From the NCBI RefSeq assembly GCF_001194135.2, contig NC_068983.1:76045875-76109874 (forward strand): DNA of 64,000 bases, given 5' to 3'. The stretch comes from Octopus bimaculoides. Its lineage: Eukaryota. The notes below the pieces were generated by a model that was not told the origin of the DNA, did no database searches, and worked only from the letters and a program-made list of their open reading frames with translations. Shown here one piece after another: positions 12,107-26,233 of the stretch. The position numbers and the translations under genes were made by a program. Positions within the stretch are counted from its first letter, which is position 1. Each line of letters starts with the position of its first letter.

Positions 12107-12109
<3 letters not shown>

Positions 12110-12921
12110 TAGCTGACGTACCCGGTAATTCCTGGGAAAGCGGGGCTCATCCTTTGGTTTCGTTCTCATAATTGTTTCGCTAATCCAATAACAACAATAC
12201 AAAGTATGTAGCACTTAAAACGGTTTTTTTGCATTTACAGAGAGTACCAGACTTTCTTACACAGGATCTTGTTTATAGGAATTCCCGATAAGTTATGAAT
12301 ACCCAAATTGTAAAGTTAGTTATGTAATAACATGGAATTAGTTACCCGATAGTAAAAATTCAAATAAAGTATTTCCGAAAAGGGCTTTAATGCGTTCCCA
12401 CAGTATATAGAACATAGGAGGAAATACTAATAAGCTATGTATACTGAAATCGTGAAGCATGTTACGTAATAACAGGCTAATCAGATATGATTAACAATTC
12501 AAAGTAAATAACTCTGAAAAAGGTTTTTGTGCGCTAGTGTTGGTATATTCGAGAATAATTCACTACCCGAAATAAGTGTATCTATTGTTCAGGATAATGC
12601 TATTTACTTGTTTAAGGGTTGTACTGGATAAATAGCGAAAATAACTCTTACAGTTCATATACTAAAAAATAAGCATACTCAATTTCCGTTTTACCAAATA
12701 ATTTAGGAAAGTGAAAGGGTTATTTCCCTTGGCTAAATATGAGGATCCCTTCCAGGGAGACCTTATTACCGACTTTTTCAACAATCTGAGTATGCCATGA
12801 GGTTTCCAGACATGAGTTCTACTCACGTGTGAAGTTACATCAAAATCGATAAAACGATGTAGGAAGAGTTAGCTAACAACTCTACAAACACAACAACAAA
12901 CAGAATTTCCCACATATGTAG
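12107..12921 (+). mobile_element. Non-autonomous Helitron/Helentron-like element (Lep1/HINE-type termini)
   Basis: Starts (T)ACTAGCTGACGTACCCGG inside a TA tract and ends gtgtgaagttacatcaaaatcg...acaaacacaacaacaaacag...atatgtagtg. No ORF. The family call rests on recalled terminal motifs. Confidence 0.5.
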
Positions 12922-12963
12922 TGTGTGTGTATACACACACACACATATATATGTTTGTGTGTA

Positions 12964-14135
12964 CAAGGCGAAGTCAAAAATTATATGCACTTTCACCAAA
13001 ACTTCCTTTAGGTTTGTTGCATTGCCTTCAACGCTTGCGTGCTAAATTGGGGGTACTCTTGTGATTACGTAATCGAGGTTTGATCTTGAGCACTCCAGTT
13101 TTCTTTCTTGTGTTACAGAATATATACATAACTACTCTGCTGGCAGTATGCACCAAGGAAGAACAGGGATGAGTAATACGATTTTACTGGACTGAACTTG
13201 TGCGAGGAGCACCGCAACCTGTAGAAATGCAATGTAAGTGGATCGAGAAGTTTCAAAATTGCAGCACAAGCGTGAAGCACGAAGAGGTAACAAGGTATCT
13301 AACAACCGGCACCACCGACGTGAAGATTCAACAAGTTCGAGAGATGATTCTGGCGAACAAACAAGTGACCATACGAAATCCCTCTCGACAATCTTCGCTT
13401 CCATAACATCTGTTCAAGATAGGCCACAAGAGGTATTAACAAAGCACATAAACAAGAGTGTGGAAATCTATCAACGCTTACTCGACCGCAAAAATGTTGA
13501 AGGTGATTTTTGGGGAGAGCAAAATCACTGAACATGTGATCTTGGGACACCACTTTTAGCCAGAATACAAAAGGGAGTGTATGGAGTGGAAACACCCAAA
13601 ATGGTGACCGAAACAAAGGAAATTCAAGTCTCAATTTTCCCCAGAGATACTAACCACTTTTGGGACACGGAAGGGCCTATTCCAGAATATTGTCTAGGAT
13701 TGTCAGTTACCAGAGTAGGTTAGAATGAAATGCTGGTTAACAAAATGAATGCAGGAATTCGCACCAAACGCAACTGTTATTGTTGCACTGCAATGTACCC
13801 CCACATACGAACGCCCACACCACTTAGACCATTGGAAATTTGGATTTCGAGTTGCTGGAACATCATGCAGAGAGTTCAGATCTTGCCCTTTCCGGCTATT
13901 ACCTTTTTTAACCGCTCAATCATCCTTTACAAGGTCAAAGAAACGCAGGAAGCAGTGCATAAATGGCTGCCCCACCAACCAAGTAAGTTCGATGGAATAA
14001 GCAAGCTCGTGAACCGCTGGAAGAAGTGCATCGAAAAGCAAGACTATGTCAGAAAACGATATCGTCGTTCAAACCGTACTTTACTTTTAATAAATTACAG
14101 AAACAAGAGTGTGTATAATTCTTGACTTACCCTTG
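12964..14135 (+). mobile_element. Mariner transposon relic (irritans-like) with both TIRs
   Basis: TA-flanked imperfect TIRs caaggcgaagtcaaaaattatatgcact / gtgtgtataattcttgacttacccttg. Decayed transposase: WIEKFQN..TSV, HHF.PEYKRECMEWKHP, DLA.S.Y.LF, WKKCIEK. Confidence 0.88.
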
Positions 14136-14166
14136 TATATATCTACACACACACACGCACGCGCAC

Positions 14167-14198
<32 letters not shown>

Positions 14199-14977
14199 AA
14201 TCATAAATATACATGGATTAGCATTGAGTTACTTCTCCAACATACTGAAAATTTAGAAATAGCAGTCAAAGAACTACTGATTCTAAACTACAAATTTTTC
14301 TCTAAATGGATGGCGATATTTGTGGCACANNNNNNNNNNNNNNNNNNNNNNNNNNNNNNNNNNNNNNNNNNNNNNNNNNNNNNNNNNNNNNNNNNNNNNN
14401 NNNNNNNNNNNNNNNNNNNNNNNNNNNNNNNNNNNNNNNNNNNNNNNNNNNNNNNNNNNNNNNNNNNNNNNNNNNNNNNNNNNNNNNNNNNNNNNNNNNN
14501 NNNNNNNNNNNNNNNNNNNNNNNNNNNNNNNNNNNNNNNNNNNNNNNNNNNNNNNNNNNNNNNNNNNNNNNNNNNNNNNNNNNNNNNNNNNNNNNNNNNN
14601 NNNNNNNNNNNNNNNNNNNNNNNNNNNNNNNNNNNNNNNNNNNNNNNNNNNNNNNNNNNNNNNNNNNNNNNNNNNNNNNNNNNNNNNNNNNNNNNNNNNN
14701 NNNNNNNNNNNNNNNNNNNNNNNNNNNNNNNNNNNNNNNNNNNNNNNNNNNNNNNNNNNNNNNNNNNNNNNNNNNNNNNNNNNNNNNNNNNNNNNNNNNN
14801 NNNNNNNNNNNNNNNNNNNNNNNNNNNNNNNNNNNNNNNNNNNNNNNNNNNNNNNNNNNNNNNNNNNNNNNNNNNNNNNNNNNNNNNNNNNNNNNNNNNN
14901 NNNNNNNNNNNNNNNNNNNNNNNNNNNNNNNNNNNNNNNNNNNNNNNNNNNNNNNNNNNNNNNNNNNNNNNNNNNNN

Positions 14978-16155
14978 GTCATGACAATAAAAAACAGAAA
15001 TTCTAAGTCATGATAATTAGTTATCTATCTATTAAATATGTGTGCGTCGACACACGTTGTTTCTTGCGATACCCATCATTTGTAGTCAAACGTTCAAACA
15101 TAGGGGATCTAAAACACTTGCGTCTTTTATTTTTATCCCTTCTAGTTACCTCAACTCTGAAGAAGAACCAAATTCGAAATGGAAATTTCACCCTGGCAAT
15201 TTTGCTTTATTCTTTCTATCGCTTTCCAAACATTACAAGTGCTTTGATGCTGACACCATTACCAGTCTCCTTCCATTTATGTTATACATACATACATACA
15301 TACAGTCAGGCAGACAATCAGATAGACATACATAGATACAATCATACCTTCATACGTGCATACATATATAAATGCATACATATCTATCTATCTATCTATC
15401 TATCTATCTNNNNNNNNNNTATATATATATATATATATATCTAGAGAGAGAGAGAGAGAGAGAGATCAGCAAGAATGAAAATGGAGAAAATCACGAAATT
15501 TAATTGGTGATTATACCATACGTTACGGACGATGGTTTGTATTGTGCCAGCGTATTTAGATACAGAAAAGAAGGTATAAAATACGACTCATATATTCGAA
15601 AATAAATGCTAACATAACGTTATCAAGGCAACCCTAAATAGGTTAAATTGAAAGTGCAGTAAGAAAATATCTCTAATACAGGAACGCATACAAAAAGAAC
15701 GTAAAGAAGAAATATATTCTAAGCGAAACCAGTTTAGTATTTAACTTTTGATGACGTCAGTAGAAAAAGAAAGAATAAAAATAATCATAGGGATTCTATG
15801 TCATGACAATAAAAAACAGAAATTCTAAGTCATGATAATTAGTTATCTATCTATTAAATATGTGTGCGTCGACACACGTTGTTTTTTGCGATACCCATCA
15901 TTTGTAGTCAAACGTTCAAACATAGGGGATCTAAAACACTTGCGTCTTTTATTTTTATCCCTTCTAGTTACNNNNNNNNNNNNNNNNNNNNNNNNNNNNN
16001 NNNNNNNNNNNNNNNNNNNNNNNNNNNNNNNNNNNNNNNNNNNNNNNNNNNNNNNNNNNNNNNNNNNNNNNNNNNNNNNNNNNNNNNNNNNNNNNNATAG
16101 ACATACATAGATACAATCATACCTTCATACGTGCATACATATATAAATGCATACA

Positions 16156-16237
<82 letters not shown>

Positions 16238-16240
16238 ACA
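14978..16240. repeat. Near-identical ~430-bp tandem duplicate (14978-15409 and 15800-16240)
   Basis: The 172-bp left segment differs by one visible substitution (gtttcttgcg vs gttttttgcg), and the right segment with (TCTA)n is repeated. Both copies abut N gaps. Confidence 0.85.
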
Positions 16241-16433
16241 CATGAGTGTTCGTCTCTATGAGATAGGATCGACTTTTGTTCAGGTATTTTTAAACATGAA
16301 ATCAATGGTTGCCTTGATACACAAAGAAAGCATATATACATAAACATATATACAAACACACGCGCGCACTCACACACACACAAACACTCACACGCATATA
16401 TAAACATAAATAATACTCACACACGTATATACG

Positions 16434-16484
<51 letters not shown>

Positions 16485-16648
16485 CACACTTGCTTACAGA
16501 AACAAATACGCTCATGTACTTGCATCTACACAACTAGATCTTCCTCCCTCCTTAACTACCCCATATGATACGACCCCTAACATTTGCTTGGTAATTTTTG
16601 AATTGGGTGTCTCATTTGTTTCAGTCCCACTATGCATTTTGCATCCTT

Positions 16649-16676
16649 CTGATGAAGGACTAACACCTGAAACGTT
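16649..16676 (+). ncRNA. Hammerhead core remnant
   Basis: CTGATGA-AGG-actaaca-CCT-GAAAC-GTT; only 2 bp of stem I can form. Confidence 0.35.
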
Positions 16677-16939
16677 AATATATTTTTACTCTTTTATTTA
16701 AAAAATAAAATATAAGTCGCATAATGCTTTCGAGAAAGTATAATGATTTCTTTAAAGCATTAAGCTAATATTTTATTTGTTATATTTGTTGCCCTTGCGA
16801 AGTTCTTATTATTGTTCAATTGTATTTTGGATACATGCATACATGCATACGTACGTACGTGCATACATACGTACACACATCATGGAATCTCCTGTTGTTA
16901 GGTAACGTATGGATGTTATACATATTCTTGCTTAACAGC

Positions 16940-17185
16940 CATATAGATAATAGTTTATAGTGGTCAAACATATGTTTGTGTACGCATCAGCTCACTCACT
17001 CCATCAAATAGACATTGCTTGTACCGGTGCACGAGGTGCCATTTCTTAGGTGACGAAATGATTGCAGAGCAACATGAAATCAAATGTCTTGTTCAAGAAC
17101 TCAACGCAACGCCCGGGGTGAGAATCGAAACCATGATCTCGCCGTCATGAGAGCAACACCCTAACCACTAAGCCAATTGCCTTCA
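16940..17185 (-). mobile_element. tRNA-derived SINE family C
   Basis: Minus strand has A box TGGCTTAGTGG and B box GGTTTCGATTC, then gttcttgaacaagacatttgatttcatgttgctc. Homologous to 50170-50410. Confidence 0.7.
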
Positions 17186-17212
17186 CATACGTACATAATA
17201 CATGCACACACA

Positions 17213-17286
<74 letters not shown>

Positions 17287-19870
17287 AGTTCATCCGTATT
17301 GATTTGTCGAGTTCCCATTAGGTACTACGCCATATGTCACCTCCATGTCACCATATCAAGCTCTCAGTTTTAACTTGTTTAGAGAATATCTGGCAATTAG
17401 TTCCCCGCTACTTATCCCATCCTTTTCCATCTGTTTTCTTACTACCATTATTGCAACCATCAGAGACACAACCATACTCACCACCACCTCCACCATTACT
17501 ATCCTTCTTCTCACCATCATTTATACATATGTGTGATTATGTGTGTGTGTGTGTATGCATTTATGTATACAAATGAATATATATGTAAGTATAGTTTAAC
17601 TGAGATTTGAATAATTATTCTGATTGAAACATGATTGAGATTCGTTCGTTCAAAATCTTAAACCTTTTATATGATTCACGTATCCTTCTCAGAATATATT
17701 ACATAATTTAAATCGTAAGGCTAGAAATATAAAATGAAGATCCTTTAGTGATAACATATTGATCAAGTAGCGTGTTTTCCATTTAATTTTCAGTAATCAT
17801 TGGCACAAAGTTTAAAAGATTTACCAGTTGAATAGGTTCAATCAGTTTTCCTTGCACTTTAAAACGACAGTGTAATTAATAGGCTGTAGCTTTCAATTAT
17901 TATCACTAGTTTTTACTACAAGACATGCTGTCTGAAGTTTTAGGATTTAAAATATGCGCTGTCAACTTTAACGTATTTAAGGTGTTTGTTTCGAAGTTGA
18001 AAATGGAGAACTGAGTTTTAAAGTGAGTTGGCCGAGTGACTATGCTAATTCAAAGATGTGATAATGCATGCAAGTTAATGAGATGCGCAGAAGTCACACA
18101 TTTTCATCTTCTGTCAAATAAACTCTACGTAAATACAGGAACGAGCGCTCACTATCGCAATCAGGAAAGCTTGGCGACAGTTAGTATTCCGAGAATATAA
18201 TCGTATACGTGAATGAAAATGTGATTGACTATGTCTTGCTATACTGATTATTGTCAGTTGAATCCAAACTTAGTGAATTCATGTTTCAAAGAAACAGATA
18301 AATGCAATATCGGGCTTCCTTGTGACATGTTTAGCTCTACATTATCCGCCATGTTTTCACAATTAGACATACAATCTTATAAACAGTCAGTTATGTTGCA
18401 GTTGTTGTTAATGTTTAACCCAGGTCAGTCCCTATCTAGTAGACTACATGACCAAAAGCATCCCAGGTGTTACTGTCTCACCAGTCCATATGCCTAGGAT
18501 TACGATTTTAATGCTATTTATTTGCTAAGTCGTTAATATCTCATCAATTTATACATCTAGTATGACGTTGTCTATTGTACCAGTCATTTGTCAAGAAAGT
18601 AGGGTGTAATATAAATGAAATTTCATTGCCTACTATTTCTAGCAGGTCAGAAAACGGCATAGATACCCTCTCCAACATGGTGATAATTTCTCGAATATAG
18701 GTCAGCATGAATTATATTGAGTATTAAACTGTGTATAGAATACTTAGGAATATGTGTGTCAGTATATATTCGTATGTGTCTGTGTCTGTGCATTTGTACT
18801 TGTGTATGTATAGTCATACAGAGCTTTGTATGAAAACGCTTGAGTTAAAGTAAAAAATAGCGAGAGCACTAGATCGAGGGGCAAACTTGATAAGATGTCC
18901 TTAAGATTTTTTCCGAAAGTACTTTTCCTACCACATGCCCTTTGTTACACCCGTCACACGCTTTTTGAATATAATCAATATCAGAGTAACAAATTACTGA
19001 TTGAAAACCTCTGCCAGTTCTGATCCTCATTAACGTAACAATAGCAACGAATGAATAAGAGACATATTTACAGTAATTGTATATTATTTCAGTAACAACA
19101 TTATGCTACAATTGGAGATTATGCTACAATTGGGTGTGTTGTAGCTGATGATCACATGTGTAGCATATTTCTAAGGATGAATCTACTCCACTCACTAAGT
19201 CACATTTATAGTTTTAACACGTTAAGCTACGACTCCGTTGTAGATAATACAATGATTCATACCATTAGGCAAAGGTGTGTAGTTACCTCCCTGGATACAG
19301 AATCCTCAGTCGGTGAAACAGCAAATCCAGCAAGCAAATTGAAATTTTGTAAGACTCACGGTAACACTGAAATCTGAGCTGAGGTCTTGCCCTTCGGTAG
19401 TGGTCATATCACACAAGATCGTCATGAAGTGTAATTAGGAAACGGTGTCAACATTAATGTATTGCAACCGCAGAATAATGCTTTTGATCGCTAGCAATGC
19501 ATAAAGCGAGTAAAGAATGGTGCAAAACTTCTTTCAATGCGCGTCTTTCTCGTGCAATATTTTTTAAGGCGATTTATAGGGTATCATAACAATTGCGAAA
19601 AGGTTGTATATAGTTTTGTAAACACGGGCTTAGGAAATCACTAACGAAATAATCAGATCAGAGAAAAACTTGTCTACTATACGTTTATAACATTTTATAA
19701 CATGCAGTCCATGTAGGGAAGTTTGCATAGTATCTATGCATAGCTGGGCACTATGCAGAGAAATACTCTTCTTTTTATTGGTGTACGCATGCAAAGGTTT
19801 GGAAGGCGTGATAGAAGACATGTAAGAACCTGCCGGGTTTAAAGTACAGCTATAAAAAAGGGGGTATATA

Positions 19871-21026
19871 CAGGAGTTGGACAAAATAATGAAAACACTT
19901 TGTTAAATGGCCATCTTTGGCAGCAATCGCAGCTTTAATACGTTCTGGAATTTACATATACAGGTTCTGAAGGTTGTTAGGCATATGTTTAAGTATTCTT
20001 AAAATATAACATGCATTAGCTCTTTCAACGACGACGGTGGTGGGAAGCGGCTCCTCACTTGCTGTTCCAAAATGCAGCATAGATATTGATTATATTAAGA
20101 TTGTGGAGTCAATCCAAGTGGTCTACTTCCCTTTGGTGCACTCCGTACCAATTCTGAATTACATTAGTTGTGTGAATCGGAGTATTACGGTTCTAGAATA
20201 TTGCGTTAACATCAGGGAACAATGTTTGTATTTTAGGATGGACCTCATCAGCTAAAATACTCTGATAATTCCTGATGTTAATTATGCCAAGAAGAACAAC
20301 TAGAGGGTCAAGAGACTGCCATAATATGGGTGGTCAAAGCATCACAGAGTCACCTTCATGCCTCATGATAAAGCCCAAACAGTCAAGGCTGAAGGCTTAT
20401 TTGGACTGTTTCCAGTCACAAAGTCATCCGAAGAATGTTAAAGGGTGATGATCTATCAGAGAAGACGGTATTATTCCATTGAGCCATTGACCTTTTCTCA
20501 TAGTATATAGACCAATTTTTGTACTTATCAGTGTTCATGATGGTCGGAGAATTTTAGGAATTTGATCTCTTCCATGATATTCTCTTCATGGAGCTCACGG
20601 CGAACGGCTTTTGTTGATACAGAGACGATGAGATGGTGATTTAGCTCAGGTATCACACATTGCCCCGTAGTTCGTTAGCTTGTAGGTGCAACAAGATTCC
20701 CTATTCTGTGGTCCCGTTCTGGAAGGCTTGTCTTTCGTCTAGAATTATGCTTGCCAAAGTAGATTTACTTTGATTTTGGAAATTCCAACATTGTTTTATA
20801 GAATTTATCTCTCAAAACATTAAATAGTCCAACAGTCTCAGTAATTGAAGGTCCTGCAATACGCTCTCCAACAAATTCTCCTCCATGTAACTGAAATAGG
20901 TCACATATTTAAATATAAAGAATATGAATACCTACAAAAGAGAAACACAGAATGTTTTATCATGAAGTATACATATTACATAAAACGTATGAACACATTT
21001 TTGCAGAGTAGAACAGTTGTGAATTC
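19871..21026 (-). mobile_element. Tc1-like (DD34E) transposon relic
   Basis: TA|CAGGAGTTGGACAAAATAATGAAAACAC terminus at 19871. Minus strand encodes RKTSLPERD, SVSTKAVRRELH, YQSILADEVHP and QQVRSRFPPPSSLKE. The other TIR is presumably in gap 21027-21576. Confidence 0.85.
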
Positions 21027-21720
21027 NNNNNNNNNNNNNNNNNNNNNNNNNNNNNNNNNNNNNNNNNNNNNNNNNNNNNNNNNNNNNNNNNNNNNNNNNN
21101 NNNNNNNNNNNNNNNNNNNNNNNNNNNNNNNNNNNNNNNNNNNNNNNNNNNNNNNNNNNNNNNNNNNNNNNNNNNNNNNNNNNNNNNNNNNNNNNNNNNN
21201 NNNNNNNNNNNNNNNNNNNNNNNNNNNNNNNNNNNNNNNNNNNNNNNNNNNNNNNNNNNNNNNNNNNNNNNNNNNNNNNNNNNNNNNNNNNNNNNNNNNN
21301 NNNNNNNNNNNNNNNNNNNNNNNNNNNNNNNNNNNNNNNNNNNNNNNNNNNNNNNNNNNNNNNNNNNNNNNNNNNNNNNNNNNNNNNNNNNNNNNNNNNN
21401 NNNNNNNNNNNNNNNNNNNNNNNNNNNNNNNNNNNNNNNNNNNNNNNNNNNNNNNNNNNNNNNNNNNNNNNNNNNNNNNNNNNNNNNNNNNNNNNNNNNN
21501 NNNNNNNNNNNNNNNNNNNNNNNNNNNNNNNNNNNNNNNNNNNNNNNNNNNNNNNNNNNNNNNNNNNNNNNNNNNNAACCAAGTGTCCGTTACGTTTTTA
21601 TTCCTACAGTTCTAGAGAGGTTATGCGCCTTCAGCTTTTTGAATCTGACGAGTCTGTTAAGCGCTTTATAGGTGCGAAACCAATGGTCATTCTTTGACCG
21701 GCCATATTTTTAACTTCCTA

Positions 21721-21758
<38 letters not shown>

Positions 21759-22685
21759 GTGTGTGTATGTATATATATATGCATATACATACATACACAC
21801 ACACACGCGCAAACACGCATACACATACAAGCATATATTAATGTTTGCATTTATAGTCAGTTATGATGAAAAGATTTTACATTAATCTGATAGGTTACTC
21901 TATAGTCTTGTAGTGTACTAAGTTATCATTTTTGAACAAGAATGTTTTTGACAGTCATTCCAAATTTAGGGCCAGTTAAGCCATCGTCGAACTACACTCC
22001 GGCGATTGATTACCTGGCTGCAACTTCGAAGTCACTGCCATCTGTATATATCTATAAAAGAGATTTCGAATCATGAGTTTTGAACAAGAAACGCCATGGA
22101 CCATACATATACATTATCGTCAGGAAAATCAACAGCTGCAATAATAAGTGCCGCAGCAACATTGAAGCCAAACGCAAACAACAAAAACAACTACAGCAGG
22201 AGAAGCAACAGTAGCTGCAACACCAGCAGTAGCATTTGGTGGCTATAATTACGTTTCATTAGCAAGTTAAATGCGTGAAGTTGTTTGATCTAAATCCCTG
22301 TTCAAATGCGAACTAAGAATTTATGAGCATCAGATAAAGGAGTTCAAAGACACACTAATGCAATGTTTTCGATAACAGGCATGCAGCGTAGAGGTGTGCA
22401 TGATAGAAGTCATGTACAAACTAACATACAGTCGCACAGACACATAACACAGGGAAAATACACATATACATACGCCCATTAGTAAGCACACTGACAGATA
22501 TACAGAGGAGACATTGATTCGATGTCGTAAAATATTTGTGACAGAGACATAGCCTTGTTATTCTCCGTCTCGCTCTAACTACAAGTATAAGCAGATAATA
22601 CGCATACATATATACGTGTGTGTGTCATTGTCTAACTGTATGTATGTGCTTGAGTGTATAGTACCTACACACACACACACAAACA

Positions 22686-22731
<46 letters not shown>

Positions 22732-22911
22732 CACAGGTATAGATGGAGAGTAACTTTTGAGATACCTTCTGGAAACGTCTCTGATTCTATCTTTATTGTT
22801 TAACATTATATACATACATACATACATATATGTGTGTCTGTGTCTGTGTGCGTGTGTGTGTATATAAAAGTATATATCTATATATACATATATATGTACA
22901 TACGCCATTAC

Positions 22912-22958
<47 letters not shown>

Positions 22959-23155
22959 GCATATGCATATAAACAGATGGACATACGCATATCAGTCAGT
23001 GAGTATTTATGTATGTGATGCTTGGATCTAGATATGCACATATATACACATAAGCATGCACACGTACACGCATACACTCACCGATACACATATGCATACA
23101 CACAGATATGTGCATGTATGTGTGCATGTATGGTTATATGTATAGCTATCTAACA

Positions 23156-23257
<102 letters not shown>

Positions 23258-23511
23258 AAAAACTGATATATAATTCACTAGTGTTTTCTTCATTTAAGTT
23301 CTAGAAAAATACAACACAAACATTCATTTCCATTAGATATATACACAAGCATACATCAATTTTGTATACACTGCGTAGTTGAGATATGGCGCTACTTAAT
23401 TCTTAGTTCAATGCCATTGCATGAAACGTTAAATATATATCGAAATACATAGCCTCGGCCTTTTCAATGCACAATGAGTAGAATTTGGAAGACAGAAATA
23501 GTGCAGAGCCC

Positions 23512-23606
<95 letters not shown>

Positions 23607-23631
23607 GTCTGTCTGTCTCTCNNNNNNNNNN

Positions 23632-23691
<60 letters not shown>

Positions 23692-23692
23692 G

Positions 23693-23729
<37 letters not shown>

Positions 23730-25145
23730 ATATCAAGAGTGATACATAAAAATCCGGTGTATTTTTATGTATTACTCTTGAAAACGAACTATTGGTTATC
23801 TACAATTTAAGGCTGACACACAAATTTAAGCAAATTTCCTGGTGCTTACCAGTAATATATCCGGTGTGTCAGAATTTTTTAGAATACTCAAGCAAGCCGA
23901 AGAATCAATGCACCACAAGTTTAATACTCAGTTACAATTGTTTCAATGCCATCCGTTTCAAACTACCTTACTTAAAAATTATTATGCGTGCCAAATTATA
24001 CAATATCTATATACATTCATACATGGTTGAATATGTCTGAGTGGCACCTCATCAGACTTCTACTACAAAGAATATATAACTCCAGTATATTTCACTATGT
24101 GCAGATTTATAGAGATGTATATTCTGTGAGATATGCCGAAACAATTTAGCAGAATATTATAAAGCAGATAAGAACATGTCATTGATAATGTTACAGGTGG
24201 TGAGGAAAGGACATTGTCGAAACAACTGACTGAATGAGCAAAAGATTGATTAAACAGTTTATTCCGTTATTAATCAACTAGTTAATTAAAAATTATAAAA
24301 AGGACTACAAGAACAACAAGAAGAAATACAACTACAGTAAAGATGACGATGATGAGGAGGATAATGATAAGGAGGAGGTGGGGTGGATTTGTTTTATTGG
24401 TCAAAATAGTCTAAACGATTGAGGAAAATATTAAAGATGGCGTTTACATCGATCGAAAGAAAAATCAACAAAAGTAAAAGGGTATGACAAAGAATATAGC
24501 AAAAGGTGTAAAAATAAAATTCGAGCAAAAGTTTCAAGAAAGTTTTTCCAAGAGCAGAGCAGTCCAACAATAGTATTTCGAGATCAAAATCAACACAAAA
24601 GATTTAGATTGCTCATCCGTTTCCAGAACATCAAAAGTGCTGTCTACCAGTTTGTTTCCTTCTACATAGAAGAAAAAAAAAAGCATATTCATAGGAGACA
24701 ATTCAGTTTTGCTGCTCTAAATTACTTTTGGAAACGCACACTAGAAGGAGGCGTGTATCTCTGCCACTCACTACCTTCACTTCAAGTGATACTTAAAATA
24801 TTTACTTATAGCCTTGCCAGTTCGGAAATTACCTGTTTTCGAAACTTTCATATTATTCCAGTCTAACATCTTTCGCCATAGCAACAAAGAAGTCAAAAAT
24901 CTTTCCCTCGTTACCTACCGAAGTGAGTTAGCGTATCGATGGTCACTAGAGATTCGATTGACATCCTGACTCGTCCTATACGCAAAGGTAGATGTTCGAC
25001 ATAATCTCTGGATTTGCTAACGCATGGACAATGAAGGATGGCGTGCAAATAGTTTCCTTCCTTGCATGCATTTCAGAGAGGTTTAGCTGTTGGTGCTTCC
25101 AGCTTGCTACCAGTCGAAGCAGACGGCTACTAAGGGAGGGGTGAA

Positions 25146-25210
25146 ACAGTGTAGTATATCAGCCAGACAGTGTAGTATATCAGCCAGACAGTGTAGTATA
25201 TCAGCCAGAC
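25146..25210. repeat. 21-bp minisatellite x3 (ACAGTGTAGTATATCAGCCAG)
   Basis: Three perfect tandem copies. Confidence 0.95.
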
Positions 25211-25304
25211 GATCCAATCCAGACAGTTTGCGACTCACAAGTGCCTCAGTGCACCCGCAATTTCATCAGATGAAATCGATCTCACGTATCTTTCAACAAA
25301 ATTG

Positions 25305-25470
25305 TAGGGAAAGGATGAAAGGCAAATTCAACCTCAGTGACATTTGAACACAGAACATAAAACCGGAGCAATAGCGATTCTGCTAGCCGCATTAGCTAAT
25401 TCTTTCTACTATAGGCACAAAACCCGAAATTTTACGAGAGGTAGCTAGTCGTCATTGATAAGGTTACGCG
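25305..25470 (-). mobile_element. Decayed SINE family A pieces
   Basis: aaaggatgaaaggcaaattcaacctc...gattctgctagccgc and ttctttctactataggcacaaaacccgaaattt are reverse complements of the family A head, body and tail. Confidence 0.6.
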
Positions 25471-26196
25471 CTGTAAGGAAAAGACATTATCGAAGCGATT
25501 GATTAAAGGACAATAAGTACACAATGTGTTATAACCACTTGTATTCATTTTGCTAAATATTTGATGTGACAATGTGTGACAATGTGTGTTGAAACAGATG
25601 CTGTTGTACTTTGGGAGCGATCATTTTGATAATTAAATCAGACATATTAGTTGTATTGCACTTTATTTTTTCATTAGTAACAGTCAACTAGTTTACTAAT
25701 TATCTGTACGATCAATTATTTGAACAATCATTCATCTGAACAATGAATTAGTTGATGTTTCAGAATCGTTTTGTTACAGTCTGCAAGCTTACTGTAGACT
25801 TGCCCTCGTCTACTATTCTCTGTGCAAATGAACACTCCCGCAAGTTCCTTAAACTTACTTTAGCTCGGTATTTATTTTAATTTAGTGTTTGTACTGTGTG
25901 TATGCATTTGCGAATGCATCTGTGTACCTCATTCTAATTGAACTTCTGTTAAGGTCGGTACTTTTATATTTCATCTGTTGTAGTTTCTTGTTGACGTGTC
26001 AGTTACAGATGTGATTTATGTACCAGTGTTTCCGCAGGTTAATACTGTTATTTTTTTGAATGGAAGGACGGTATTTCTAATTTCATGTTACCATCTTTTG
26101 CCAAAATGAGTGATTAGTGTGTAAATTTCCTTTTTCTTACTTATTAAGTAAGATTATGCATTTCAATTTCTCAGCCTGTTGTTTTAAAAAGCTGAA

Positions 26197-26233
<37 letters not shown>

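Noticed and set aside
15155-15195. CTGAAGA...GAAAT hammerhead-like core
   Set aside because: No stem I can form; consistent with chance.
25146-25210. CRISPR-like appearance of the 21-bp repeats
   Set aside because: The copies are contiguous with no spacers, there are no cas genes, and the context is eukaryotic.
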